A stretch of 64,000 bases of DNA from an uncultured Acidobacteriota bacterium. Its GTDB lineage: Bacteria; Acidobacteriota; Polarisedimenticolia; J045. How positions within the stretch are numbered: position 1 is the stretch's first letter; each line of letters opens with the position of its first letter. Positions 22,419-32,285 of this stretch are shown here, piece by piece. Position numbers and translations under genes: made by a program. The stretch is taken from assembly GCA_963702425.1 (NCBI GenBank), contig CAVPCQ010000006.1, positions 224,001-288,000 on the forward strand. Direction: 5' to 3'. A model generated the notes under the pieces. That model did not search any database and was not told the origin of the DNA. It saw nothing but the letters and a program-made list of their open reading frames with translations.

Positions 22419-23078
22419 TTGCTGACCTTGCGCCAGGCTGCCGAGCGGACCGGAATGTCGGCGACCACGCTCCGCCGCTACATCAAGGCCGGACGCCTGC
22501 GCGCCCGGCTGGTGCCGGGCCGCTACGGGCCGGAGTACGTCGTCGAACTCGACGAGCTGCGTCACGCCGGGCTCTGGGACGGCACCAGCGAGCCGCCAGC
22601 AGCGGCCCCGGCACGGACCATGGCCGTCGCCGCGCCCGGCGTGCCGAGCGGCGCTGCCGGGTCGGCGCTCGTCGTCCCCGTACCGCCGACCCCGCCGGCC
22701 GTCGCCACCGAAGGGGTCCCGCTGACGATCTTCCGGGAGCTGCTCATGAAGCACGAGCAGCTGCTGGTCCAGTACGGGATGCTGCGGGTCAGCGGACAGC
22801 AGGTTCACGAGGTCCGGCGCGACGCCGAGCGCAAGGCGGCGGACGCGGCGAGGACGGCGGACGAGCTGGGCCGGATCCGCGATCGGCACGCCAAGGAGAT
22901 CGGGCTGCTCAAGGCCCGGCTGCGCCAGGCCGAGCTGCTGCTGGCCGAACGCGAGGACGAGATCCGCCGCTTGATGCAGGAACTCCAGCGCCAGGAGATG
23001 GCGGTCCGCAACGCCGGCCGGGTGGGCGCGATCGACGCCGAGTTCCAGCGCGCCTTCCTGCGTTCCGCGGATCACTGA
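22419..23078 (+). CDS. Helix-turn-helix (excisionase/MerR-like) DNA-binding protein with coiled coil
   Basis: TTG start after AAGGAG. LTLRQAAERTGMSATTLRRYIKAGRL, then a heptad-rich C-terminus. Confidence 0.75.
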   Translation: MLTLRQAAERTGMSATTLRRYIKAGRLRARLVPGRYGPEYVVELDELRHAGLWDGTSEPPAAAPARTMAVAAPGVPSGAAGSALVVPVPPTPPAVATEGVPLTIFRELLMKHEQLLVQYGMLRVSGQQVHEVRRDAERKAADAARTADELGRIRDRHAKEIGLLKARLRQAELLLAEREDEIRRLMQELQRQEMAVRNAGRVGAIDAEFQRAFLRSADH

Positions 23079-23129
23079 GGGGCCGCCGCCGCATCGCCCG
23101 TCGGGGCCGCGACGATCGGCCGGTCCGAG

Positions 23130-23810
23130 CTAGCGGCTGGCTTCGGCGAAGCGCGCCGTCCGCAGTTCCTCGTGAGCCATCCGCGGCAACCCGGCCCGGC
23201 GCTGGAAGACGACCAGGCGCCACATCCCCAGCATGTTCACGCGGGCCTCACTCTCGACGTGGAGCGTCGGGAGGTCGAGGATCGTCTCGAGCGGCAGGTC
23301 GAGGCGGAAACCGACGCGATGGGTGAGCGGTGAGAGCTGCCGCTCGAGCCAGCGCGGGACCGGGTGCCGGCTCCCGAAATGGTTGAGGACGACGACCCGC
23401 CCACCGGGCTTGCAGACGCGAGCCATTTCGGCCACGACGCGCCGCGGCTCGGGCACGACCGACACCACGTAGGGGGCGAACACCGCATCGAAGGCGTCGT
23501 CCGGCGACGCGATGTGGGTGGCGTCCATTCGGACCAGGCCGACCGGGCGGCCGGGTCCCAGCTTCGTGCGACGGCCGTCGGCCTCGCGCAGCATCGGCGC
23601 CGAAAGGTCGATTCCGACCACCCGCACGCCGCGCGGGTACATCGGCAGCGTCAGGCCGGTGCCGACCCCCACCTCGAGCACGCGCTGCCCGGCCTCGAGG
23701 CCGAGCGCCTCGAAGGCCAGGCGCCGCCCCTCGCGGAACACCTGGTCGAAGAGCACGTCGTACACGCCGGCGCATCTGTTGTAGAACCGGGAGACGGCCT
23801 TGGTGTTCAT
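23130..23810 (-). CDS. Class I SAM methyltransferase, phosphatidylethanolamine N-methyltransferase (PmtA)-like
   Basis: VLEVGVGTG, GIDLSAPML, YVVSVVPEP, RVCKPGG..VLNHF. Confidence 0.8.
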   Translation of the reverse strand: MNTKAVSRFYNRCAGVYDVLFDQVFREGRRLAFEALGLEAGQRVLEVGVGTGLTLPMYPRGVRVVGIDLSAPMLREADGRRTKLGPGRPVGLVRMDATHIASPDDAFDAVFAPYVVSVVPEPRRVVAEMARVCKPGGRVVVLNHFGSRHPVPRWLERQLSPLTHRVGFRLDLPLETILDLPTLHVESEARVNMLGMWRLVVFQRRAGLPRMAHEELRTARFAEASR

Positions 23811-23948
23811 CCACCCTCCGGACGCAAACGACTCCGGCGCACGGCAGCCCGCGCGTCACGCCCACGGCGGGGAGATGCTAGCACGCCCCGAACCGCGGGA
23901 CGGTCTGCCCGTAGCGCCCTATAATCGCCGCCCTTCCCGGAGATCCGG

Positions 23949-25076
23949 ATGCCCCAACTCACGGAAGACGAGGTCCGACAGGCCCTCGCGCGAGTCCCCT
24001 ACCCCGGGTTCTCGCGCGACATCGTGTCTTTCGGGATGGTCCGCTCGATCGCGGTCGAGGGGGACCGGGTCCTGATCGGGCTGCTCCTGACGACTCCCGA
24101 TGCCACCGTCGCCGACCGGGTCCGCGCAGCAGTCGTCGCCGCGGTGTCGGCGTTGCCGGGGGCCGGCACGGTCGAGGTCCAGCTCCAGCGGCAGGGGCCG
24201 GCCCGCCTGCCGGCGGCCGGCGACGCTCCCTCCGCCGCGGCGACCACGGCACCCGCCGGTCCGCGGGCGACGAACATCCTCGGGGTGGCGTCCGGCAAGG
24301 GCGGCGTCGGCAAGAGCACGGTGGCGGTGAACCTCGCCGCCTCCCTCGCCCGCATGGGCCGGCGCGTCGGATACCTCGACGCGGACGTCCACGGCCCCTC
24401 GGCCCCGCTGATGTTCGGCCTCGAGGGTCAGAAGCCGTTCGCCGGGGAAGACGGCCGCCCGAGCCCGATCGAGGCGCACGGCGTCCGGATCATGTCGATG
24501 GGCTTTTTCGTCGAGCGCGAGAACGCCGTGATCTGGCGCGGCCCGATCGTCGGCAACTTCATCCGGCAACTGCTGCTGGAGGTCGACTGGGGCGAGCTCG
24601 ACGACCTCGTGATCGACTTCCCGCCCGGCACCGGCGACGCCCAGCTGACGATCTCGCAGACCATCAAGATGACCGGCGCGCTGATCGTCACGACCCCCAA
24701 CGAGCTCGCGCTGATCGATGCGCTCAAGGCGATCGCGATGTTCCGAAAGGTCGAGATCCCGGTCCTCGGCCTGGTCGAGAACATGGCCTGGTTCGAGTGC
24801 CCACACTGCCAGGAGCGGACCGACATCTTCGGCCGCGGGCGCGTCGAACGCGCCAGCGCCGAGCAGGCGGTGCCGATCCTCGGCCGGATCCCGATCGACC
24901 CGCAGGTCGTCGCCGAATCCGACGCCGGGCTCCCCGTCGTCGTCGCTCGGCCCGACAGCGCGATCGCGCGGGCCTACACCGCGATCGCCCAGGCGACGCT
25001 GGCGGCCGCCTCGGGTGGGCCGCCCGCGCGCCCGCGGGGGCTGGGCGCGTTTTTCGACCGCTTCGGAAAGGGATAG
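23949..25076 (+). CDS. mrp: Mrp/ApbC iron-sulfur cluster carrier ATPase
   Basis: DUF59-like N-terminus, SGKGGVGKST, IWRGP, DFPPGTGD, VENM..CPHC. Confidence 0.93.
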   Translation: MPQLTEDEVRQALARVPYPGFSRDIVSFGMVRSIAVEGDRVLIGLLLTTPDATVADRVRAAVVAAVSALPGAGTVEVQLQRQGPARLPAAGDAPSAAATTAPAGPRATNILGVASGKGGVGKSTVAVNLAASLARMGRRVGYLDADVHGPSAPLMFGLEGQKPFAGEDGRPSPIEAHGVRIMSMGFFVERENAVIWRGPIVGNFIRQLLLEVDWGELDDLVIDFPPGTGDAQLTISQTIKMTGALIVTTPNELALIDALKAIAMFRKVEIPVLGLVENMAWFECPHCQERTDIFGRGRVERASAEQAVPILGRIPIDPQVVAESDAGLPVVVARPDSAIARAYTAIAQATLAAASGGPPARPRGLGAFFDRFGKG

Positions 25077-25082
25077 ACCGCG

Positions 25083-26057
25083 ATGCCGTACGCGCACACC
25101 GGACCCCCCGCACACGCTCGCCACGCCCTGCTGGTCGCTGTCGCGTTCTGCACGGCCTCGCTGGCCGGGCTGGCTCCGGCCCCGGCCCAACAGCCCCCGG
25201 CGGCGGCGACCCCGCCGGCACCGCCGCAGCCCTCGCTCGCGACGCAGGAGGCGTTCCGAGCGCGGCTGGTCGGGGTCTCGGGCCCCAATCAGCGGGGCGA
25301 GCGTATTGCCGAAATCGCGCTCGTCGAGCGGCCGGGCGGCGAACTCCAGCAGATGGTCGATGCGGCGCTCGACCAGGAGATCCGCGAGGCCCAGGGGGCG
25401 CTGCGTCGGATCTTTCTCACCGGCGACGAGACCGCGCGGGTCGGTGTGATTCAGCTCTATGCCCGCCACTGGCGCTACGTATTCGGGGTCGGCTTCGATC
25501 CCGCCTTCATCGACACCGTGCGGCGCGGACTCGCGGACCCGAGCGCGAAGGTCCGGCGGGCGACGATCACCTTCACCGCCGAGAACCATCTCCCGCGGAT
25601 CGCCAACTTCGTGATCGATGCCGCCGAAGCCGACCCGACCCTGACGCTCGGGGCGCTGCTCTCGATCGAGCAGAGCCGCGACCCGATCGGCGCGCGGTGG
25701 GTGGTGGGCAATATCGCCGATCCGGACCCCGCGATCCGCGACGCGGCGCGCCTCGCCTGCGTGCCGATGGAGCGCCGGGCGGCGTTCCTGCTGCGGGTCA
25801 TGGCGGACAGCCCCGACGCGAAGGTCCGCCGGGCCGGAATCGAGGGGCTGCTCGCTGTGGCCACCAGCGACGATCGGGACTTCCTCGCAAGCTGGCTCGA
25901 GAAGGACACCGCCGCACCCCTCACCCTTCGCGACGCGGTCCTCAGCGCACTGGCGCAGCTCGAGATCGGGACCTACCGGCCGACGCTGCCTCCGCGGCCT
26001 CCGCTCACGTTCGCGCCGGTGGGTCGCCGCACGCCGACTCTTCCGATGCCGAACTGA
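25083..26057 (+). CDS. Exported HEAT-repeat-like hypothetical protein
   Basis: Signal peptide, then DPSAKVRR / DPDPAIRDAA / DSPDAKVRRA repeats. Confidence 0.6.
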   Translation: MPYAHTGPPAHARHALLVAVAFCTASLAGLAPAPAQQPPAAATPPAPPQPSLATQEAFRARLVGVSGPNQRGERIAEIALVERPGGELQQMVDAALDQEIREAQGALRRIFLTGDETARVGVIQLYARHWRYVFGVGFDPAFIDTVRRGLADPSAKVRRATITFTAENHLPRIANFVIDAAEADPTLTLGALLSIEQSRDPIGARWVVGNIADPDPAIRDAARLACVPMERRAAFLLRVMADSPDAKVRRAGIEGLLAVATSDDRDFLASWLEKDTAAPLTLRDAVLSALAQLEIGTYRPTLPPRPPLTFAPVGRRTPTLPMPN

Positions 26058-27189
26058 GCCGCGCCGCGATCGTCTCGAGCGCTGCGGTGAGCAGGCCGTC
26101 CTCCTGCGCGTAGCTGATCCGCAGCCAGTCCGGCGCGGTCGTCCCGAACGCCTCGCCCGGGATCACGACGATTCGGTCCTCCGCCATCAGGCGGCGCGCG
26201 AAAGCCATCCCGCCCCCCGCCGCCGAGGCGTCGACCCAGGCATAGAACGCCCCCTCCAGCGGCGCCATGCGGAGCGCCGGCCGGCCGCCGAGGATCCGCT
26301 CGACCAGGTCACGGCGGCGGCGGAAGACGGCGCGCACCGCGCGCGCCGCGCCCTCCCCCTCCGGCGTGAAGGCGACACGCGCGGCACGCTGCGTCGGCGT
26401 CGGGGCGCAGGTGAGGAGCGTCTGCTGCAGCGCGACGACACGCGCCATGAACTCGGCGTCGGGCGACACGACCCAGCCCAGCCGCCAGCCCGTCAACGCG
26501 ACCGACTTCGACAGCCCGCCGCAGACCACCACGTGCGGCAGCGGCGCGTCCGGTGCACCGGCCGCGTCGCCGTCCGTGAGCCAGTGAAGGCTGCGATAGG
26601 TGTCGTCGACGATCAGTGCGATCCCGCGGCGGGCGGTCTCCTCGGTCAACCGCGCGAGGCTCTCGGCCGGCTCGACCGTCCCGGTGGGGTTCGAGGGCGT
26701 GATCACCACCAGCGCGCGGGTGCGCGGCGTGATCAGCCCCAGGACCTCGTCGAGCTCGAGGTGAAAACCCCGCTCGGCGCGCAGCGGATAGAAGCGCGGC
26801 GTCGCGCTCCAGGTCTGGGCCGCGCGCAGCGCCCCGGGGAAGGCCGGGTCGGGCAGCAGCACTTCGTCCCCGGGGTCGACCAGGCAGCCCAGCGCAACGA
26901 ACGTCGCCTGCTGGCACCCGACCGTGATCACGACGTCTCCCGCGCCGCGCGCGAACGGCGCGTACGAGGCCGCGACGCGCTCGCGCAGCACGCCGTCGCC
27001 CGCGGTGGGCCCGTATCCCGAGGGCCCCTCGGACGCGGCGCGCGCCAGCGCCTCGCGCAGCAGCTCGGGCGGCTCGAGGTCGGGCTGGCCGAGCCCGAGG
27101 TTGAGCGCGTCGGGCGGCGCCGACTCGAACAGCTCGCGGATCAGCGTGCGCTTGAGCCCGGCGACGCGCTGCGCGATCCGCGGGCTCAC
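26005..27189 (-). CDS. PLP-dependent aminotransferase class I/II (candidate DapC by context)
   Basis: NLGLGQPD, PSNPTG, DDTY, GLSKSVALTGWRLG. GTG start coupled to the dapD stop. Confidence 0.85.
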   Translation of the reverse strand: MSPRIAQRVAGLKRTLIRELFESAPPDALNLGLGQPDLEPPELLREALARAASEGPSGYGPTAGDGVLRERVAASYAPFARGAGDVVITVGCQQATFVALGCLVDPGDEVLLPDPAFPGALRAAQTWSATPRFYPLRAERGFHLELDEVLGLITPRTRALVVITPSNPTGTVEPAESLARLTEETARRGIALIVDDTYRSLHWLTDGDAAGAPDAPLPHVVVCGGLSKSVALTGWRLGWVVSPDAEFMARVVALQQTLLTCAPTPTQRAARVAFTPEGEGAARAVRAVFRRRRDLVERILGGRPALRMAPLEGAFYAWVDASAAGGGMAFARRLMAEDRIVVIPGEAFGTTAPDWLRISYAQEDGLLTAALETIAARLSSASEESACGDPPART

Positions 27190-28040
27190 CGAAGCACCCC
27201 CTCGAGCGCGGCCCGCGCATCGGTCCCGGGGTCGCGGTCCTTGACGATGATCGCGCAGCCGGCCGACAGCCCCTGCTCGCGTGCCCAGGGATCGCCGACC
27301 GGCCGCGTGCCGGGGACGAGCACGGCCCGCGGCGGGATGCTGAGCGTGCCGTCCGCGCCGCCCCGCAGCACGCGTCGGCGCGGCAGGTCGTACACGGGCG
27401 TCGAGCGCGTGAGGATCACCCCCGCGCCGACGACGGTGCCGGTCCCCAGGCGCACGCCCTCCACCACCGCCGCCAGCGCGCCGACGAAGCAGTCGTCCTC
27501 GACGATCACCGGCATCGCCCCTGGCGGCTCGAGCACGCCACCGATCTGCACCCCCGCCGACAGGTGCACGCCGCTCCCGATCTGCGCGCACGACCCGACC
27601 AGCGCATGCGAGTCGACCATCGAGCCACCGGCGACGAAGGCCCCGACGTTCACGTAGCAGGGGGGCATCAGGATCGCCCCCGGGCCCACGTGCGCCCCGC
27701 GCCGCACGGCGCTGCCGCCGGCGACGACGCGCACCCCGGGCATGCTCTCGACCGGGCGCGGCGGGTAGGCCTGCTTGTCGCGGAAGCCGAGCGGCCCGGC
27801 AGGCGGCAGCTCGATCACCTCCGAGAAGCGAAAGCCGAGCAGGATGCCGCGCTTGACCCACGGGTGGACGGTCCACCCGACCTCGGGACCGGACTCGGGC
27901 GCCGGCGGCGTCGCCGCGCGTACCGTTCCGGCCTCGAGCCGGTCGAGCAGCTCGCCGACCGCGCGGCTCACGGCCGCGCGCGGGGCCGCCTCGCCCAGCT
28001 CCGCGAGCCGTTCGATCTCCGCCGCCAGCGCAGCGCTCAC
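27186..28040 (-). CDS. dapD: Tetrahydrodipicolinate N-succinyltransferase
   Basis: WTVHPWVKRGILLGFR, YVNVGA, VGSCAQIG, IGGVLEP. Confidence 0.92.
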   Translation of the reverse strand: MSAALAAEIERLAELGEAAPRAAVSRAVGELLDRLEAGTVRAATPPAPESGPEVGWTVHPWVKRGILLGFRFSEVIELPPAGPLGFRDKQAYPPRPVESMPGVRVVAGGSAVRRGAHVGPGAILMPPCYVNVGAFVAGGSMVDSHALVGSCAQIGSGVHLSAGVQIGGVLEPPGAMPVIVEDDCFVGALAAVVEGVRLGTGTVVGAGVILTRSTPVYDLPRRRVLRGGADGTLSIPPRAVLVPGTRPVGDPWAREQGLSAGCAIIVKDRDPGTDARAALEGVLR

Positions 28041-28927
28041 GCCTTCACCGCGGCGCGCTCGAGGGCGCCCTTGAGACGGGCCACGGTGGCGTCGGCGGCG
28101 TGGGCCAGCGGCAGCCGGACCGTCCACTCGCACAACCCCAGCAGCGAGAGCGCCGCCTTGCACGGCACCGGGTTGGTTTCCGCGAAGAGCGCCCGGGTCA
28201 GCTCGAGCGTCCGGTAGTGCTCGCGGCACGCCGCGGCGACGTCACCGGCGAGCGCCGCCTCGGTCATCCGCACGCTGCCCGCCGGGTCGACGTTGGAGAG
28301 GACCGAGATCGCGCCCTCGCCGCCCATCAGGATCATCGGCACGTTCAGCTCGTCCTCGCCCGAGAGGACCGCGAAGCCGGGCCGCCGCCGGGCGACGATC
28401 GACATCGCCTGGCCGAGGTTCCCCGAGGCCTCCTTCACCGCGGCCACCCCCTCGATCTCCGCGATCCGCAGCACCAGCTCGGGCTGCGCATTGAGCCCGG
28501 TGCGGCCGGGCACGTTGTAGACGACGAGCGGCAATCCGCCCTCCTTCGCCACGGCGCGGTAGTGACCGACGAGCCCCTCCGGGTTGGGCTTGTTGTAGTA
28601 GGGGGTGACGACGAGCGCCGCGTCGGCGCCGAGCGACTTCGCGCGGCGGGTGCGCTCGATCGAGTGCGCGGTGCCGTTGGTGCCGGTCCCGGCCACGACC
28701 GGCACGCGCCCCGCCGCCAGCTCGACGGTGATCGCAATCACGCGCTCCCACTCCAGGTCGGACAGGACCGGCGTCTCGCCCGTCGTCCCGCAGGGGACGA
28801 GGCCGTGGATTCCCGCGTCGAGCTGTCGCCGCACCAGCCGCGCGAAGGCCTCCTCGTCCACCGACAGGTCCTGGCGGAATGGCGTGACGAGTGCCGTCAG
28901 CACGCCGCGAAGTGCTGTTCCGTTCAT
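28037..28927 (-). CDS. dapA: 4-hydroxy-tetrahydrodipicolinate synthase
   Basis: ALVTPF, GTTGE, PYYNKP, YNVPGRTG, KEASG, ETNPVPCK. Confidence 0.96.
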   Translation of the reverse strand: MNGTALRGVLTALVTPFRQDLSVDEEAFARLVRRQLDAGIHGLVPCGTTGETPVLSDLEWERVIAITVELAAGRVPVVAGTGTNGTAHSIERTRRAKSLGADAALVVTPYYNKPNPEGLVGHYRAVAKEGGLPLVVYNVPGRTGLNAQPELVLRIAEIEGVAAVKEASGNLGQAMSIVARRRPGFAVLSGEDELNVPMILMGGEGAISVLSNVDPAGSVRMTEAALAGDVAAACREHYRTLELTRALFAETNPVPCKAALSLLGLCEWTVRLPLAHAADATVARLKGALERAAVKA

Positions 28928-28959
28928 CACAGGCTCCTTCCCGGCCGCTCCCGCGCCGC

Positions 28960-29736
28960 TCAGTGCGACGCGTCGCCGAGCAGTTCGTCGATCATCTCGT
29001 CCAGCGTTCGCGGTCCCGGCCGCGCCACGAGCCACTCCGCGGCTCGCACCGCGCCGTGCGCGAAGACCGCCCGGTCGCGCGCCCGATGCACGATCTCGAC
29101 CGTCTCGCCCGGGCCGTCCCAGCCGAGGCGGTGCGTCCCCGGGATCTCGCCCGCCCGCACCCAGGCCACGGGCACGACCTCCGGCGGCACGGGAGCAGCG
29201 GTCGGCGCGAGATCCCAACGCGTCTTTCCGGGCGTGCGCTCGACGAGCGACTGGGCCAGCCGGAGTGCGGTGCCTGACGGCGCATCCCGCTTCAACTGGT
29301 GGTGCTCCTCGACCAGGTACGGGGCGAACCCGCCGATCGCGCCGAAGAGCGCTGCCGCGCGGTCGACGACCCGGAAGAGGGCCTGCACGCCGAGCGCGAA
29401 GTTGGGAGCCCACAGGAAGCCGACGCTGCGCTCCCGCGCCAGCGCCCGCGCCCGATCGAGCCCATCGTTCCAGCCGGTCGTGCCGGAGACGACCGGCAGT
29501 CCCGCCTCCAGCAGTCGCTGAACGTTGCGGGGCGCAGCCTCGGCCCGCGTGAACTCCAGCGCTGCGTCGATTCCGGACAGGTCGGCGTGATCGACGCCGC
29601 GCGCGTCAGCGCCCGGGACGTCGGGGTCGAGCCGCAGCGCGATCCGGTGACCGCGCGCCTCGGCCGCCGCGGCGACGGCGCGCCCCATCCGGCCCCAGCC
29701 GACGATCGCGAGGTGGAGCGGACGGTCGGCGCTCAT
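28960..29736 (-). CDS. dapB: 4-hydroxy-tetrahydrodipicolinate reductase
   Basis: GWGRMG, SGTTG, APNFALG, EEHHQLKRDAPSGTA. Confidence 0.95.
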   Translation of the reverse strand: MSADRPLHLAIVGWGRMGRAVAAAAEARGHRIALRLDPDVPGADARGVDHADLSGIDAALEFTRAEAAPRNVQRLLEAGLPVVSGTTGWNDGLDRARALARERSVGFLWAPNFALGVQALFRVVDRAAALFGAIGGFAPYLVEEHHQLKRDAPSGTALRLAQSLVERTPGKTRWDLAPTAAPVPPEVVPVAWVRAGEIPGTHRLGWDGPGETVEIVHRARDRAVFAHGAVRAAEWLVARPGPRTLDEMIDELLGDASH

Positions 29737-31097
29737 GGGACATCCTCCCGCGGCGGGCCCTCGAACAGCGCGCCGTGCAGCGCGCGGACCAGTTCCTTCG
29801 CGTGCTCTTCGTCCGTCAGCAGCCCGAGCGACGCCCCGTGCGGCCCCTGGATCAACCGGCGGAGCGGAATCCCGGCTGCGGCGGAGATGACTCGCCGCCA
29901 CTGCGTCGGCGCATCGGCCAGCCCCTCCCCGACGACGGCCACGAGCGCCAGGCCCGGGGTGCAGCGGACCTCGCCGTGGCGCTCGAGCGCGTCGATCGCC
30001 GGCGAGAGGGCGGGGTCGGCAGCGAGCAGCAGCTCGAGCCAGACCGGGCCCGGAAGCACGGCCAGCGGCTGCAGCCCGGGACGGTCCACGAGCCGCAGCA
30101 CCTCGGAGAAGAAGCCCACCTCGCGCAGCCGGCCCGGCGCGCGGAGCGCCACCAGCTGCAGCGGCGCCCGCGTGGCGACCGCGCGCACCGCCGGAGCGGT
30201 CGATCCGGTCGCCCCGATCCGCGTGCCGGACCGCTCCGGCGCGAGGCTGTTCCGCACCACGACGGGGAGGCCACCGTGGATCGCGGGGTCGATCGACGCA
30301 GGATGCAGCACCTTGGCCCCGAAGCCCGCCAGTTCCGCGGCCTCGCGGAACGTCACCTGGTCCAGCACCCGAGCCGCGGGCACGACGCGCGGGTCGGCCG
30401 TCATCAGGCCATCGACGTCGGTCCAGATCTCGACCGCCGCCGCGTCGAGGGCGAGGCCCAGGACCGAGGCCGAGAGGTCCGACCCGCCCCGCCCGAGGGT
30501 CGTCGGAATCCCCTCGGGCGTCGCTCCCAGGTAGCCGCCGAGCACCGGCACCTTTCCCGCGGCGACGAGCGGCACCACCCGCTCACAAGCCCGCTCGCGC
30601 GTCGCCGCCAGCTGCGGCCGAGCCGAGCCGAACTGATCGTCGGTGATGACGACCTCGCGCGAGTCGACCACCAGCCCCGGCGCCCCTGCCACGCGGAGCG
30701 CCGCCGCCAGCAGCTCCTGCGCCAGCAGCTCGCCGTAACCGAGGACCTGGTCCGACGAGCGCGGTGTCGCGGTCCCCAGCAGCCGAACCCCGCGCAGCAG
30801 GACCCGCAGCTCGCGCAGGTGGGCGTCGATTCGCTCGACCAGCCCGCCGTCGCCTGGGGCGAGCGTCTGCGCGTCGTCGCGGTGGCGGCGCGCGAGGCGG
30901 TCGGCCTCGTCCTCCATCGCCGCACGGTCGCCGGCCAGGGCAGTCTCGGTCACCCACTGGAGCTGGTTGGTGACCCCCGCCATGGCCGAGGTCACCACGA
31001 CCGGCTGCTCGCCCTGGCGCCCGCGGACGATGGCGGCCACGCCCCGCATCCGTTCGGGACCGTCGACCGAGGTCCCGCCGAACTTCATCACGATCAC
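29733..31097 (-). CDS. lysC: Aspartate kinase
   Basis: VMKFGGTSV, TTLGRGGSD, IWTDVDG, GAKVLHP, and ACT-like tail. Confidence 0.93.
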   Translation of the reverse strand: MIVMKFGGTSVDGPERMRGVAAIVRGRQGEQPVVVTSAMAGVTNQLQWVTETALAGDRAAMEDEADRLARRHRDDAQTLAPGDGGLVERIDAHLRELRVLLRGVRLLGTATPRSSDQVLGYGELLAQELLAAALRVAGAPGLVVDSREVVITDDQFGSARPQLAATRERACERVVPLVAAGKVPVLGGYLGATPEGIPTTLGRGGSDLSASVLGLALDAAAVEIWTDVDGLMTADPRVVPAARVLDQVTFREAAELAGFGAKVLHPASIDPAIHGGLPVVVRNSLAPERSGTRIGATGSTAPAVRAVATRAPLQLVALRAPGRLREVGFFSEVLRLVDRPGLQPLAVLPGPVWLELLLAADPALSPAIDALERHGEVRCTPGLALVAVVGEGLADAPTQWRRVISAAAGIPLRRLIQGPHGASLGLLTDEEHAKELVRALHGALFEGPPREDVP

Positions 31098-32158
31098 GGC
31101 ACGAGGTCCTGGGACCGGACCAGCTCGCCGAGCAGCAGGGTCCCGCCGGCCGCGCCGCGGATCGTGTTGTGGGTGAGGACCTCCATCCTGAGGCCGAGTA
31201 CGGGACAGGGACGGATCCGGCCGACCACCGCGGCCATCCCCCCGCCAGTCATCCGGTCCAGCCGCGGCTGGGGCCGATCGTCGGCCCCGAGCACCACGAT
31301 CGGAGGGTCCGGTGCGCTCGGCAGACCCAGCTCCTGCGGCGCGCTGCGGAACCGCGCCATCAGCTCCGCCGCGCGCTCGGGCCCGATGCGCGGCGAGGTC
31401 TGCAGGCTCACCGCCAGCATGTGGCCGTCGGACACCGGGACCCGGTGGACCTGCGCCGCGACCGCGATGTCCAGCACCTCGACGCGATTCCCGGCCAGCT
31501 TGCCGAAGATCTTCCCCGGCTCGCTCTCGATCTTCGGCTCCTCGTCGTGGATCCACGGCACGACGTTGTCGATCAGGTCGAGCGACGGGACCCCCGGGTA
31601 GCCGGCGCCGGAGGCCGCCTGGAGCGTGGTGACGACGATCCGCTCGAGGCGTGCCGCGCGCGCCAGCGGTGCCAGGGCCAGTGCCAGCCCGATCACCGAG
31701 CAGTTGGGATTGCAGACGACGAAGCCACGGCCGCCCCAGCGGCGACGCTGGGCCTCGATCAGCCCGAGGTGGTCGGCGTTGGCCTCCGGCACCACCAGCG
31801 GCACGTCGGGATCCATCCTGCGGTTCCTGGCATTGCTGATCACCGCGCGCCCCGCGCGCGCGAAGGCCGGCTCGAGTTCCTCGGCGGCGACGGCGTCGAG
31901 CGCGGAGAAGACGAGTACCGACTCGACCGCGCCGGGATCCGCCGGCTTCACGATCAGCTCGGCAGCGGCGGCGGGCGGCGCGCTCGAGACGCGCCAGCTC
32001 ACGGCCTCGCCGTACGGGCGGCCGGCGCTGCGGTCGGACGCCGCGACCTCCGCCAACTGGAACCACGGGTGCGCCTCGAGCATCTGCACCAGCCGCTGGC
32101 CGACGACGCCGGTCGCGCCGAGGACCGCCACGGGCAGACGTGCTATTTGATCGTTCAT
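31094..32158 (-). CDS. asd: Aspartate-semialdehyde dehydrogenase
   Basis: GATGVVG, NPNCS, QAASGAG, HNTIRGAAG. Confidence 0.96.
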   Translation of the reverse strand: MNDQIARLPVAVLGATGVVGQRLVQMLEAHPWFQLAEVAASDRSAGRPYGEAVSWRVSSAPPAAAAELIVKPADPGAVESVLVFSALDAVAAEELEPAFARAGRAVISNARNRRMDPDVPLVVPEANADHLGLIEAQRRRWGGRGFVVCNPNCSVIGLALALAPLARAARLERIVVTTLQAASGAGYPGVPSLDLIDNVVPWIHDEEPKIESEPGKIFGKLAGNRVEVLDIAVAAQVHRVPVSDGHMLAVSLQTSPRIGPERAAELMARFRSAPQELGLPSAPDPPIVVLGADDRPQPRLDRMTGGGMAAVVGRIRPCPVLGLRMEVLTHNTIRGAAGGTLLLGELVRSQDLVP

Positions 32159-32285
32159 CTTTCGGCGCTCCGCCTACAATATGACATATTGTCGGGGCCG
32201 CGCCGCCGGACCGGGCAACGATCGTTCGCGCAGCCCGGCCGGCCGTCCCGGCCGGCTCCCGAGGCGCGGATGATAGCATTTCGCC

